Shown: positions 36,518 to 45,437 of the stretch, piece by piece
Position numbering within the stretch: the first letter of the stretch is position 1
Layout of the letters: each line of letters opens with the position of its first letter
Source: Patescibacteria group bacterium
Lineage (GTDB): Bacteria; Patescibacteriota; Minisyncoccia; Phycocordibacterales; PALSA-1337
NCBI GenBank assembly: GCA_038061795.1
Contig: JBBTYL010000003.1
Span: forward strand, 64,041 to 128,040
Length of the DNA: 64,000 nucleotides
Direction of reading: 5' to 3'
The notes under the pieces: model-generated
Seen by the model: the letters and a program-made list of their open reading frames with translations, nothing else
The model's database searches: none
Told to the model about the DNA's origin: nothing
Made by a program: the position numbers and the translations under genes

Positions 36518-36636
36518 CAAGTACGGAGTACTTGTGCGAGGCGGAGGCACGAAGGTGCCGAGCCAGGGTCGGGCAAGTTTTCAGCAGAAAACTATGCCTG
36601 ACCACAAGTGAAGTACTAATGGTTTTAATGACACAT

Positions 36637-36721
36637 GCCCGGGTGGTGAAATTGGTAGACACGTCAGTCTTAGGAACTGATGGAGCAATCCTTGGAGGTT
36701 CGAGTCCTCTCCCGGGCACCA
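36637..36721 (+). tRNA. tRNA-Leu(TAG), CCA encoded
   Basis: Acceptor GCCCGGG/CCCGGGC, anticodon arm TCAGT-CTTAGGA-ACTGA, long variable arm. Confidence 0.9.
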
Positions 36722-36758
36722 GAAAGAAGTTTTAAGCCTTATTTTCTATACAATATAC

Positions 36759-36786
36759 TTGACAAGATGTCTAAAATGTGTATAAT
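36759..36786 (+). promoter_or_regulatory. Sigma70-type promoter P3
   Basis: ACTTGACA, a 16-nt spacer, then TATAAT. Confidence 0.6.
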
Positions 36787-36824
36787 CGTACACAGGTGCA
36801 GTTTGTGTTTTTGCACATCGAAAT

Positions 36825-38456
36825 TTGAATAACCCTCAACCCCCAATGCCTATGGACCCCAAAAAAAATCCGGAACCTTCTGGAGGGGGAACCCCTCCGG
36901 TGAAACTACAGTACGATCCGCATGGAAGACGCCTTACATGGATTACTTCGTCAGCAAACGCAGACGAGACACCTTGTACACTCAAAATCGCCTGCGAAGA
37001 AATGGGATTATCGTGGTCAACCAAGATCACGGGTGGCCAGGAATTCAGCCTCGCCAGCTTCTTCAGAGCCAAGATTAATATCGCTGGCTATGAACCGAAA
37101 GCTGGTATGAAGGCTACTGCCTATGTTGTCTATGGCGATGGTGACAGGATGTCGGACAGCGGAGATCCTCTGGAATTCACACTCCCTGAAATCCCGCCCG
37201 AATCGCAACCGCAAACCCAGCAACAACCCAAAAAGAAAAGCTGGTTTGTTCGAGCGAAACTCAAATGTGAGGAACTTCTCGAAGATTGGTCGCAAGCATG
37301 GAAACATTGGCGCTCACAGCCAAAACCTGTGAAGCCGCCACGCAAGCCATTCAAGTGGCCCTCCTTCCTCAAATTCAAACTGAAACGGAAAGATCCTCAG
37401 CCTTCATCACTTCAACCTGTCAGTTCGGATGAACCACGGAAAAAAATAACCGCCGTGATTGTCAGCTTTTTCAAGCGACAGCCTCGGCAACAACCCCAAA
37501 CAGAACAGAAAGCTACGGAAATTATGAAAACATCTATTCGTCCATGCGTGATGATGTGCCAATTGGTACATCGAGTCTGGCAATACTTTTGCGAAAAGAT
37601 CTTGCCCTTCATTGGAGCAGTTGCAGTCATCTTGATCCTCGGAACCCTTGCTGTGATGGGATACAAGAAGTTCGTCGGATCGGGCAACGGAACGGTTGCG
37701 GTCGCAACGCAAGTCACGACTCCAGCATTCGTGCCTGTTAGCAACACGATTGCGGCAAGTCCACAGATCGTGTACGTAATGGCAGCAACGCAGATGTTTG
37801 CCCTGACGAATCAGCCTACCGTGGTGAATAACGTCACAGGCTCAAACATCACCATTACGGTGGCAGGACGTGACAACGTGTTCCACCAGTACTCAACGAA
37901 TGCGCCGTATTCAGTGCCAGCGGTTTCAAACCCGCCAGTCTGCCTTCCGACGCAACCAATCATGGCGCCCACAAACGCCGCGCCTGCAGTACAACAACGG
38001 CAACCGACGGTTGTCGTGCCTGTGGATGATGACCCCCCAGTCACAAATCCAGCGCCGGCCATACTGCCTGCGCAACCTGCCGTCCAGCCAGCACTCCCGC
38101 AGGCAACAGCCACTAAGCTGTTCCCTCAGGACTACAAGTTGGATGACGTAGTGCCTCTCAAGCCGACTGGAGATTACTGTGTGCTTGAGAAAATCCTTCC
38201 AGTGGGAAAATTCTACGCATACCACGTGCCCAGTGGATGGACAGTCATCATGGAAACCGACACGCCATTCAAGTATGGCTATCGCCAGTCCATTGGAGGC
38301 GAGGAGGTTGCCTATGGGGAGCACCGGTTTGGCAATTCGCTGGAATACCTCAACACGTGGAACAAGGATGTGGTCATCACATTCAAATGCACAAGAAATC
38401 CACCGCCAGTTGAAATTCAGCCGTGCGACACAGGAGGGTTCTTCACCTACAGATGA
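36825..38456 (+). CDS. Large Pro/Gln-rich single-pass membrane protein, hypothetical (GC-rich)
   Basis: 543-aa ORF (TTG at 36825, or ATG at 36846). Central TM helix ILPFIGAVAVILILGTLAVMGY, P/A/V/Q-rich linker, Cys-containing C-terminal domain. Has its own promoter and terminator. Confidence 0.6.
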   Translation: MNNPQPPMPMDPKKNPEPSGGGTPPVKLQYDPHGRRLTWITSSANADETPCTLKIACEEMGLSWSTKITGGQEFSLASFFRAKINIAGYEPKAGMKATAYVVYGDGDRMSDSGDPLEFTLPEIPPESQPQTQQQPKKKSWFVRAKLKCEELLEDWSQAWKHWRSQPKPVKPPRKPFKWPSFLKFKLKRKDPQPSSLQPVSSDEPRKKITAVIVSFFKRQPRQQPQTEQKATEIMKTSIRPCVMMCQLVHRVWQYFCEKILPFIGAVAVILILGTLAVMGYKKFVGSGNGTVAVATQVTTPAFVPVSNTIAASPQIVYVMAATQMFALTNQPTVVNNVTGSNITITVAGRDNVFHQYSTNAPYSVPAVSNPPVCLPTQPIMAPTNAAPAVQQRQPTVVVPVDDDPPVTNPAPAILPAQPAVQPALPQATATKLFPQDYKLDDVVPLKPTGDYCVLEKILPVGKFYAYHVPSGWTVIMETDTPFKYGYRQSIGGEEVAYGEHRFGNSLEYLNTWNKDVVITFKCTRNPPPVEIQPCDTGGFFTYR

Positions 38457-38470
38457 CGGAAAAACGCAAC

Positions 38471-38502
38471 AGAGCGGGACGACCATGTCCCGCTCTTTTT
38501 TA
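38471..38502. terminator. Strong hairpin terminator between convergent genes
   Basis: AGAGCGGGAC-loop-GTCCCGCTCT followed by T6. There is also a partial U-tract on the opposite strand. Confidence 0.75.
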
Positions 38503-38525
38503 TTGCTTTATTTTCTTCAAAAAAC

Positions 38526-38834
38526 CTAGAAACCAAGGACTGAGGTTTGACCTACTGAAGCTGCCACAAGACGGATTATCCCATAAACCGAAACCATGAT
38601 TGCCATGCCGATAGTACCGTAAAGAATATGTTTCTGACCCGTTGTTCGCGCTTCAGAATCTTCGCCGTTCTTGAAAAATCCGATAAGACCCCAAATGAAT
38701 ACTAGAATCGCGAGCGCAAAAATAAGCTGGATGATCGGCATGACAATATTGTCTACGATCCTTGGAACGATTGAATTCACGACATCCGCGCTACTTGCAG
38801 CGTGTGCAATTTTAGGCAGAAGATTCATAATCAT
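38526..38834 (-). CDS. VirB2/TrbC-like (T4SS-pilin-like) small membrane protein, paralog 1
   Basis: Two TM helices flanking a charged loop (KNGEDSEARTTGQKH). Its ATG overlaps the upstream stop (TAATG). Confidence 0.6.
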   Translation of the reverse strand: MIMNLLPKIAHAASSADVVNSIVPRIVDNIVMPIIQLIFALAILVFIWGLIGFFKNGEDSEARTTGQKHILYGTIGMAIMVSVYGIIRLVAASVGQTSVLGF

Positions 38835-39187
38835 TAGAAAGCTGGAGGAGGAATAACCGTTGGGAACTTCTCTCGAGGAACGTTGTTGTTCGTTGAGAAT
38901 GTGTTCGTAAGAATCGCTACGAGGCCCCAGATGGAGAGAATGACGAAGAGGCCGACGACTCCCCAAAGGATTGAAAGGCCTCCCTTCTTTCGTCCATCTT
39001 CGCTGTCAGCTATGAGATAGCGTACGACATTGAAAATGATGTAAATGACAGAAAATGAAATAAGGAGGACAACAACCGTGTTTCCGATATTCGTAATCTT
39101 CGTAGTAAGGCTATTTGCGTCAGTAATCTGCTGTGCGAAGACAGAAACTGGAGCGAGCGAAAGTGCCAATGCGATTAATTTTTTCAT
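38834..39187 (-). CDS. VirB2/TrbC-like pilin-like protein, paralog 2
   Basis: Signal peptide ending VFAQQ, then two TM helices around DSEDGRKKGG. Confidence 0.65.
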   Translation of the reverse strand: MKKLIALALSLAPVSVFAQQITDANSLTTKITNIGNTVVVLLISFSVIYIIFNVVRYLIADSEDGRKKGGLSILWGVVGLFVILSIWGLVAILTNTFSTNNNVPREKFPTVIPPPAF

Positions 39188-39334
39188 GATAAATTATTAT
39201 AACTTCTTAGTAGTGCTGATAATTGTAACAGATACGCCCATATACACAAACGAAGCTGTGGAAAGCTAATATATAATCCCCCACAAGGTTCTCAAGAAAC
39301 CCTTGCCGCTGCCGCTTGAAGACGGGTTGGTTAT

Positions 39335-39406
39335 GCCAGAACTTCCGTTATTGGTGACTCCAGAGCTCCCGTTGTTCGTCACGCCAGAGCTTCCATTATT
39401 TGTCAC
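39335..39406. repeat. Tandem repeat, 3 x 24 bp
   Basis: Units at 39335-39358, 39359-39382 and 39383-39406 (GCCAGAACTTCCGTTATTGGTGAC-like). The last unit spans the stop codon of the 39403-39795 gene. Confidence 0.85.
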
Positions 39407-39795
39407 TCCGCGCTGAAAGGACTCGGACCTCCTCCACCAGATCCCCCGAAATTACCGAAGAATCCAGAAGGTGCAGTGCTATCAAGCCTGAATGTATTCG
39501 TCAGGATATTGACTATGCCCCAGAACGAAAGTATCACGAAGAATCCGACGACGCTCCAAAGGACGTATTGTCCTGCTTCTTTTTTTGCAGTGATGTCATC
39601 TCCGCCCTTGATGAAGTACTTGAAGATATTCCACACAAACATTACAGTCGCTAAACCAATAGTAAGATACACGGCAACATTGAAATACTTTACTATAAGC
39701 GCAACGATGTACGAAAGATCCTTCTGCTGAGCGAACGCAAGTGCTGGAAGAAACGCTATTGAAACGATGCCTAATTTTGTGATTGTTTTTTTCAT
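39403..39795 (-). CDS. VirB2/TrbC-like pilin-like protein, paralog 3 (Gly-rich tail)
   Basis: Start taken at MKKTITKLG. Signal peptide ending AFAQQ, two TM helices around KGGDDITAKKEAG, tail GNFGGSGGGGPSPFSAE. Confidence 0.65.
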   Translation of the reverse strand: MKKTITKLGIVSIAFLPALAFAQQKDLSYIVALIVKYFNVAVYLTIGLATVMFVWNIFKYFIKGGDDITAKKEAGQYVLWSVVGFFVILSFWGIVNILTNTFRLDSTAPSGFFGNFGGSGGGGPSPFSAE

Positions 39796-39811
39796 ATTAT
39801 TATAATGATAG

Positions 39812-40243
39812 TTACGATTCAATGCCTGGAGTATAGCTTGCATCTATATTGTCTCCTTTCTTGATTGGGGCCGACTGGAAGTTGTCGCTTCCATTAAGAA
39901 ACCCTTCATTGACCACTCCCGACTTCACGAGCGTGTTTTTCACTATTTCAACAATAACCTTTGCACTTATAAGCACGGCAAGTCCGACGATAATCCACAT
40001 GAACCATTCCTTGGCTTTAGTAATCTCTTCGGGCTTTCCCTGGGCCATGACGAACTTGAATCCTACGAAAATAATCGCGAGGATGGCAAAAGAGACTCCG
40101 ACATATACCATTATATCAACAGCGAGAAGTATCACTGCCTCAATCGAATCTACCTTGAGGGGATTCTGGAGCTTTGATTGGGCATAAGTAAATCCGAAGC
40201 TTGTCAGAAAGAGAAATAGAGCGATAGTAATGATTTTTTTCAT
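39812..40243 (-). CDS. VirB2/TrbC-like pilin-like protein, paralog 4
   Basis: Signal peptide ending TYAQS, then two TM helices around AQGKPEEITKAKE. Confidence 0.65.
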   Translation of the reverse strand: MKKIITIALFLFLTSFGFTYAQSKLQNPLKVDSIEAVILLAVDIMVYVGVSFAILAIIFVGFKFVMAQGKPEEITKAKEWFMWIIVGLAVLISAKVIVEIVKNTLVKSGVVNEGFLNGSDNFQSAPIKKGDNIDASYTPGIES

Positions 40244-40253
40244 AGTTTAAAAA

Positions 40254-40661
40254 TTATTCAAGCAGCGAGCTGGCAGTTCCCTTGAACGAATCGCTGACAA
40301 TCCAGCTGAGCAAGGTACTGACCATGAACCATGCAACTAACATGATAACAAATCCCTTGAGTGCCGCCCAGAGCATCTTGTTAGACTTTTCCCTGTTGCC
40401 TGGGCTCGGAGTCATATAAAGGAACCCAGCGTAAGCAAAGAGACCGATAAAAACAGGTATCGAGAGCATGAATATCCATTTTATTATGGAATTCACCGTA
40501 CCTATAAGGTCTTGAAAATCACATTCGTTGTTGCGTGCGGGTTCGTTTGGATCGACCACACCATCACATTTGACTAACCCTCCATAATCAAGCGCGGCAT
40601 ATACTGGAACCGCCGATCCAATAGCAAGGAACAAGCTACAAATTACAAGTATCTTTTTCAT
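40254..40661 (-). CDS. VirB2/TrbC-like pilin-like protein, paralog 5 (Cys pair)
   Basis: Signal peptide ending VYAAL, a CDG..NECD pair, and two TM helices around TPSPGNREKSNK. Confidence 0.6.
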   Translation of the reverse strand: MKKILVICSLFLAIGSAVPVYAALDYGGLVKCDGVVDPNEPARNNECDFQDLIGTVNSIIKWIFMLSIPVFIGLFAYAGFLYMTPSPGNREKSNKMLWAALKGFVIMLVAWFMVSTLLSWIVSDSFKGTASSLLE

Positions 40662-41956
40662 ATGTCTTTTAGTGATAAATCAAGTTCATCGCTTCCATCT
40701 TGAAGCGCTTGTGAAGCGTTTTTCTTGCCGCTTGTCACTGATTCGACGATGTCTTGGAAAATTCTGTAGGATTCTGCCTTATTCGTATCAAGCCATCCTT
40801 TTGAAATAAGTGCTGAGTCATAAAAAATAGAAAGGTATGGATCGCTTGAACCGCTTGCTATCATATCCCTTCGTACTGGAGGCAAATACGACATCGTAAC
40901 CATTTCAGAAAGAGAGCTTGGGGTAAGTAATTCGCTCAAGACTGCAAAAGCAGAGTTGGCGTCAGCAGAACTTCGCACGATAGAGAAGCCATACATTGTT
41001 CCGAAAGTCGCCTTGTTCTGCCCGCCGCGAGCCTGAGGCAAAGGGGCCACATCAAAGTCGATATTCGGATTCTTCTGTCGGATATCCAAGAGTTCGGAGG
41101 CGAAGCCTATATACGTCGCAAGGTTTCCAGAAAGAAAGAAACTTTTGGAATTCGGAAGGGAGCGGTTCCATGAATAATCAGGGTTTCTCGGGTCAGAGAA
41201 TTTCGTAAAGAAATTGAGAGCGGGAAGAGAACTTGTCAGGCCGACATACCCCCTGCTACCGAGCGCACTCGCCATGGCCAAGCTATCGCTTTCACGGTAT
41301 GTCACAGGGTTACCAGCTTGCAGGAAAAGCACACCAAGAACTTCGCGCGCATGGGCGAGATTGTTGAATTCACCGAGAGAAATCACTGTTTTTCTGACAT
41401 TTGAATTGACGTCTTTTTGGTTTATACGCTGGCCAATGGCGGAAAATTCATCCCAGAACCTCGGGAAAACCGCCACGCCGGCATTAGTGAACGTATCGCG
41501 ATTCCAATACATCACAAGCGGATCCAGCATGAAAGGCAGAGCAAGGACCCCTGTAGAATGAAGATACAGCTCCGCCTGCGAAACAAAAGTATTTTGGAAA
41601 TCTCTCTGGCTCAGCACCGAATACGGAATCGGAACGACTTTGTCTTCGTGCTTATGAAGCAAATCCTGCGACACGAGAATCGCATCGGGACCAAGCCCGC
41701 GAGCAAGAGCCTCTATGAAAGCCTTGTCGAAATTCACCTCTGATATCTGGGTATATTCGATTTTAAGTGGGACCGGACGAGTGATATTGAGCTTGGTCAC
41801 GTATTTCGTCAGCAATGATTCTGGAAACGTGCCCCAAACGGTGATGGAAGGAAGAGTTGTCTGGCTGTCTCCGCCTTTGTATGTAGCAAAAAGTATTACG
41901 CCGATTATGATGAAGAGCACGAATATCGAAGTGAGGATTATCTGGAACTTGCTCAT
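40658..41956 (-). CDS. Membrane-anchored extracellular solute-binding-protein-like protein (SBP family 1-like)
   Basis: N-terminal TM helix, then ITVWGTFPE.., PDAILVSQDLL and LALPFMLDPLVMYWNRDTFTNAGV resemble ABC sugar-binding proteins. ATGA overlaps at both ends. Confidence 0.55.
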   Translation of the reverse strand: MSKFQIILTSIFVLFIIIGVILFATYKGGDSQTTLPSITVWGTFPESLLTKYVTKLNITRPVPLKIEYTQISEVNFDKAFIEALARGLGPDAILVSQDLLHKHEDKVVPIPYSVLSQRDFQNTFVSQAELYLHSTGVLALPFMLDPLVMYWNRDTFTNAGVAVFPRFWDEFSAIGQRINQKDVNSNVRKTVISLGEFNNLAHAREVLGVLFLQAGNPVTYRESDSLAMASALGSRGYVGLTSSLPALNFFTKFSDPRNPDYSWNRSLPNSKSFFLSGNLATYIGFASELLDIRQKNPNIDFDVAPLPQARGGQNKATFGTMYGFSIVRSSADANSAFAVLSELLTPSSLSEMVTMSYLPPVRRDMIASGSSDPYLSIFYDSALISKGWLDTNKAESYRIFQDIVESVTSGKKNASQALQDGSDELDLSLKDI

Positions 41957-42477
41957 GGCCTTTTGAAGATAATGCCGTAGTGATGATCGCCGGCGTCAAA
42001 AACTTTTTCAATCTGGAATCCTGCCTTCTGAAAAATGCTCTCTGCAAGCATCTGCGGAACCACGGTTTTAGGGCTTAATGGGCCTCCGCCAATCCAATCG
42101 ACCACAAGAAGCTTTCCTCCCGACTTTAAGAGCCTTTTGGCCTCAAGGGCAAGATTATCCCTGTCTTCAATGGCGATCTGAAATAGCGTATTTGAAAGAA
42201 TAATCCTGTCAGCGACAGCTTCTCGAAGCTTGGTTCCGCCGATTTTCTCTATGTTTCCCCAGATGACTTCGATATTGTGAAGACCTACCAAGCCGGCTGA
42301 GTTCTTTATCTTATTGAGAAGATCCTGCTGGACATCCACCGCATAGACCGTCCCTCTGGCGCCGACTTTCTTTGCAGCTTCTATCGTATAAAAACCTGAG
42401 CCAGCGCCAAGGTCGACGACTTTCATGCCGTCGGCAATGTTAAGTTCTGCAATATTTTTCTGCGGGTCGGAGAACAT
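41953..42477 (-). CDS. Class I SAM-dependent methyltransferase
   Basis: Motif I VVDLGAGSGFYT; 174 aa. Confidence 0.7.
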   Translation of the reverse strand: MFSDPQKNIAELNIADGMKVVDLGAGSGFYTIEAAKKVGARGTVYAVDVQQDLLNKIKNSAGLVGLHNIEVIWGNIEKIGGTKLREAVADRIILSNTLFQIAIEDRDNLALEAKRLLKSGGKLLVVDWIGGGPLSPKTVVPQMLAESIFQKAGFQIEKVFDAGDHHYGIIFKRP

Positions 42478-42507
42478 GCTATAATTATAACCTATAGTAA
42501 TACAAAT

Positions 42508-42738
42508 ATGAAACCAGTCATCTTTGCACAGATTGTTGATATCATGAACGGCGTTGCAGTATTCATCCTGTCAGTCGCTCTTCTCTGGATTGCTGCCAAC
42601 ATCGTCAGATTTTTCGCTGCCGGAAACTATTATGACAAAGACAGAGGCGGCAGTGGCATACTCAAGGGCTGCATAACTCTTTATGCGACGCTTGTAATCT
42701 GGGGAATATTGACCCTCATAAAAGAATATTACTTTTAG
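42508..42738 (+). CDS. Small two-TM pilin-like protein (divergent sixth copy)
   Basis: 76 aa with two TM helices around [12 protein letters not shown]. Its stop overlaps the gyrA stop (TTAG). Confidence 0.5.
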   Translation: MKPVIFAQIVDIMNGVAVFILSVALLWIAANIVRFFAAGNYYDKDRGGSGILKGCITLYATLVIWGILTLIKEYYF

Positions 42739-45206
42739 AGACAGATAAGCGAGGCAAGAGAATCTCCATCCCGAAGTTTCATCACGCGCACTCCCTGAGT
42801 AGAACGTCCAAGAGTTGGAATTTCTTTTAGATCGACTCGGATGACCTGGCTCTTCTTTGACATGGCCACCATTTCCTCGATATCGTCAGTAACTACCTTT
42901 GCAGCAATCAACGGACCGGTCTTGTCAGTCACATTCATCGTGAGTATTCCTGAACCGCCTCGGTTCTGAACTTTATATTCTCCGAGCTTCGTCTTCTTTC
43001 CATATCCATGAGAACCCATGACGAACAACGTAGGATTCTTTGCATCCTTTGACACGATATCTGCGCTGATGACTGCATCGTCCTTTCCAAGCTTGATGAC
43101 ACGTACGCCGGTAGCATTTCGTCCCATTTCTCGGACATCTGCTTCTTCAAAGCGGATAGACTGGCCGTCCTGAGTTGCAATAACGATGTTATCGCCCTTT
43201 GTCACGAATGAAGCCGACATGAGCTCATCTCCAGAATCAAGCGTGATAGCGATAAGTCCTGATCGGCGTACGTCGTGGAAATGCTTTGCTGAGCTCTTCT
43301 TACCTGTTCCGTTCTTCGTAACCATCATGAGAGCAAGGCCGTCTGCTTCTTTTTTATTCTTTGGCATCGGCAAAATAGAGGTGATCTTCTCTCCCTCTGC
43401 AAGAGAAAGGAAATTCATAACTGACTTTCCACGAGTAGCTCGCTTTCCTTCTGGAAGATCATACATCTTTATCTGATAGGCCTTTCCTTTATCTGTGAAG
43501 AAAAGAAGATCGTTGTGAGCGCTTGCATAGACAAGATGCGTGATGAAATCCTCTTCTTTCGTATCGAGATCGACAACCCCAACTCCGCCGCGCTTCTGCT
43601 TTCGGTATTCGTCAGGATTTGTTCGCTTGATATAGCCTCCCTTCGTGAGGACAAGCACGCTTTCCTCGTCTGGAATGACATCCTCAGGATTGAAATCCTT
43701 AAGCCCGTGCTTGATAAGCTTCGTTCGTCGATCATCGCCGTATTTCGCCTTGATTTCAGCAAGTTCGTCCTTGATGATGCCCCGAACCTTCTTTTCGCTG
43801 CCAAGGATTTCCTTGAGAGCTTCGATGAGAGCCTGAACTTCTTTGAGCTCATCGAGAACTTTCTTTCGTTCAAGACCTGCAAGCTTCTGGAGTCGCATTT
43901 CGAGAATGGCTGTCGCCTGTCGTTCAGAAAACTTGAACTTCTTCATCAAATTCGCATGCGCTTCTACAGCATCTTTTGAGGCGCGGATAAGAGTGATGAT
44001 TTCATCAATATGATCGAGTGCTTTTTTGAGACCGAGAAGGATATGTTCTCGCTCTTCTGCCTTATTCAAATCAAACTTCGTTCGTCGTCGGATGACTTCG
44101 ACTCGGTGAGCGACGAATTCTTGTAAAATAGATTTCAAAGAAAGTGTCTGCGGCACGCCATTCACGAGCGCAACGATGTTAACATGGAAAGTATCCTCAA
44201 GCTGGGTGTGCTTGTAGATATAGTTGAGGACCTTTTCTGGATGGGCACCGTTCTTGAGGTCAATAACGATTCGCATCTCCTTGTCAGACTCATCTCGGAG
44301 GCCTTTGATGCCCTCGATGGCCTTCTCTCGCACGAGATCAGCGATCTTTACGATGAGATCAGACTTGTTGACTCGGTATGGAATAGAAGAAATGACGATC
44401 TGGTACTGCCCTTTCTTGTCTTCGACAATCTCAGCTTCTCCTCGAACAACAATTCCTCCGCGTCCAGTAGAATACGCATGGTGAATATCCTTTTCACCAT
44501 ACATGATTCCTCCTGTCGGAAAATCAGGACCCTTTATGAATTTCAAAAGGTCTTCGTTCGTAGCGTCCTTGTCTTCAATAAGATGCGTTGTTGCATCAAT
44601 TACTTCATTTAAATTGTGAGGGGCGATGTTTGTCGCCATACCCACGGCAATACCGAGCGTTCCATTCAAAAGAAGGTTTGGAACCGCTGTCGGAAGCACG
44701 CTTGGCTCCTTACGAGTACCATCATAGTTCGGTCGAAAATCAACAGTATCCTTTTCAATATCTCGAAGAAGCTCTGCTGCCGTTCGTGACATTCGAGCCT
44801 CGGTGTATCGCATGGCAGCCGCAGAGTCGCCGTCGATGTTTCCGAAGTTTCCCTGACCTTGAATGAGCTGGTAGCGCATCTTGAAGTCCTGCGCCATACC
44901 GACCATAGAGTCATACACCGCTACGTCGCCGTGCGGATGATAGTTACCGAGTACGTCTCCCACGACCACGGCTGACTTTCGGAACTTTGCAGAGGCAGTG
45001 AGTCCCTTTTCATGCATGGCGTAGAGGATTCGTCGGTGCACAGGCTTAAGCCCGTCGCGCACGTCAGGCAACGCTCGGTCCGTGATAACCGACATGGCGT
45101 AATCAAGAAATGACTCTCTCATTTCTGTCGTGATGTTTCGTGCTACGATGCCTAGCTTTGGATCTCGTGCTTCCGGTTCTGTAATTTCTGGTTCTTTTTT
45201 AGCCAT
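42735..45206 (-). CDS. gyrA: DNA gyrase subunit A
   Basis: [12 protein letters not shown], the active-site region AAMRYTE, and C-terminal beta-pinwheel repeats. Confidence 0.95.
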   Translation of the reverse strand: MAKKEPEITEPEARDPKLGIVARNITTEMRESFLDYAMSVITDRALPDVRDGLKPVHRRILYAMHEKGLTASAKFRKSAVVVGDVLGNYHPHGDVAVYDSMVGMAQDFKMRYQLIQGQGNFGNIDGDSAAAMRYTEARMSRTAAELLRDIEKDTVDFRPNYDGTRKEPSVLPTAVPNLLLNGTLGIAVGMATNIAPHNLNEVIDATTHLIEDKDATNEDLLKFIKGPDFPTGGIMYGEKDIHHAYSTGRGGIVVRGEAEIVEDKKGQYQIVISSIPYRVNKSDLIVKIADLVREKAIEGIKGLRDESDKEMRIVIDLKNGAHPEKVLNYIYKHTQLEDTFHVNIVALVNGVPQTLSLKSILQEFVAHRVEVIRRRTKFDLNKAEEREHILLGLKKALDHIDEIITLIRASKDAVEAHANLMKKFKFSERQATAILEMRLQKLAGLERKKVLDELKEVQALIEALKEILGSEKKVRGIIKDELAEIKAKYGDDRRTKLIKHGLKDFNPEDVIPDEESVLVLTKGGYIKRTNPDEYRKQKRGGVGVVDLDTKEEDFITHLVYASAHNDLLFFTDKGKAYQIKMYDLPEGKRATRGKSVMNFLSLAEGEKITSILPMPKNKKEADGLALMMVTKNGTGKKSSAKHFHDVRRSGLIAITLDSGDELMSASFVTKGDNIVIATQDGQSIRFEEADVREMGRNATGVRVIKLGKDDAVISADIVSKDAKNPTLFVMGSHGYGKKTKLGEYKVQNRGGSGILTMNVTDKTGPLIAAKVVTDDIEEMVAMSKKSQVIRVDLKEIPTLGRSTQGVRVMKLRDGDSLASLICL

Positions 45207-45437
45207 GGTTTAAGGGAATTCTTGATAATTTTCTAACGTTTTTATTCGAATATTGTAGCAAAAAAGAGCTGATTTGTCTTGCGGAATAAGAGTTGACTTT
45301 TATATAATAGATGATATAATCATGCCAGTTTTGGACTTTGAAAGTTTGAGAATTTTTGACTGTAACAAAGAGCGAATCAAGAGATGATTTGTTGTTTGTT
45401 GCAGTTAAAAACAATTAAAACCAAGAAAAGGAATTCT

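Noticed and set aside
36567-36603. Possible SRP (4.5S) RNA, because CCAGGGUCGGG and AGCAG resemble the domain IV strands
   Set aside because: The hairpin is a nearly perfect 16-bp stem with an AGCA loop. It lacks the GNRA tetraloop and the symmetric and asymmetric internal loops that define SRP RNA.
36439-36735. 98-aa plus ORF and 87-aa minus ORF (36456-36719)
   Set aside because: Both run straight through tRNA-Lys, the structured spacer and tRNA-Leu(TAG). These are tRNA genes, not coding sequence.
37926-38486. 186-aa minus ORF and other antisense ORFs within 36836-38486
   Set aside because: They are shadow frames of the GC-rich 543-aa gene. The plus-strand gene has a promoter, TM architecture and terminator.
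39267-39402. Independent CDS for the (SGVTNNGS)3 reading frame
   Set aside because: That frame has no start codon and is closed upstream by a TAA. It can only be expressed by a frameshift from the pilin-like gene, so it is reported as a repeat and finding, not as a gene.
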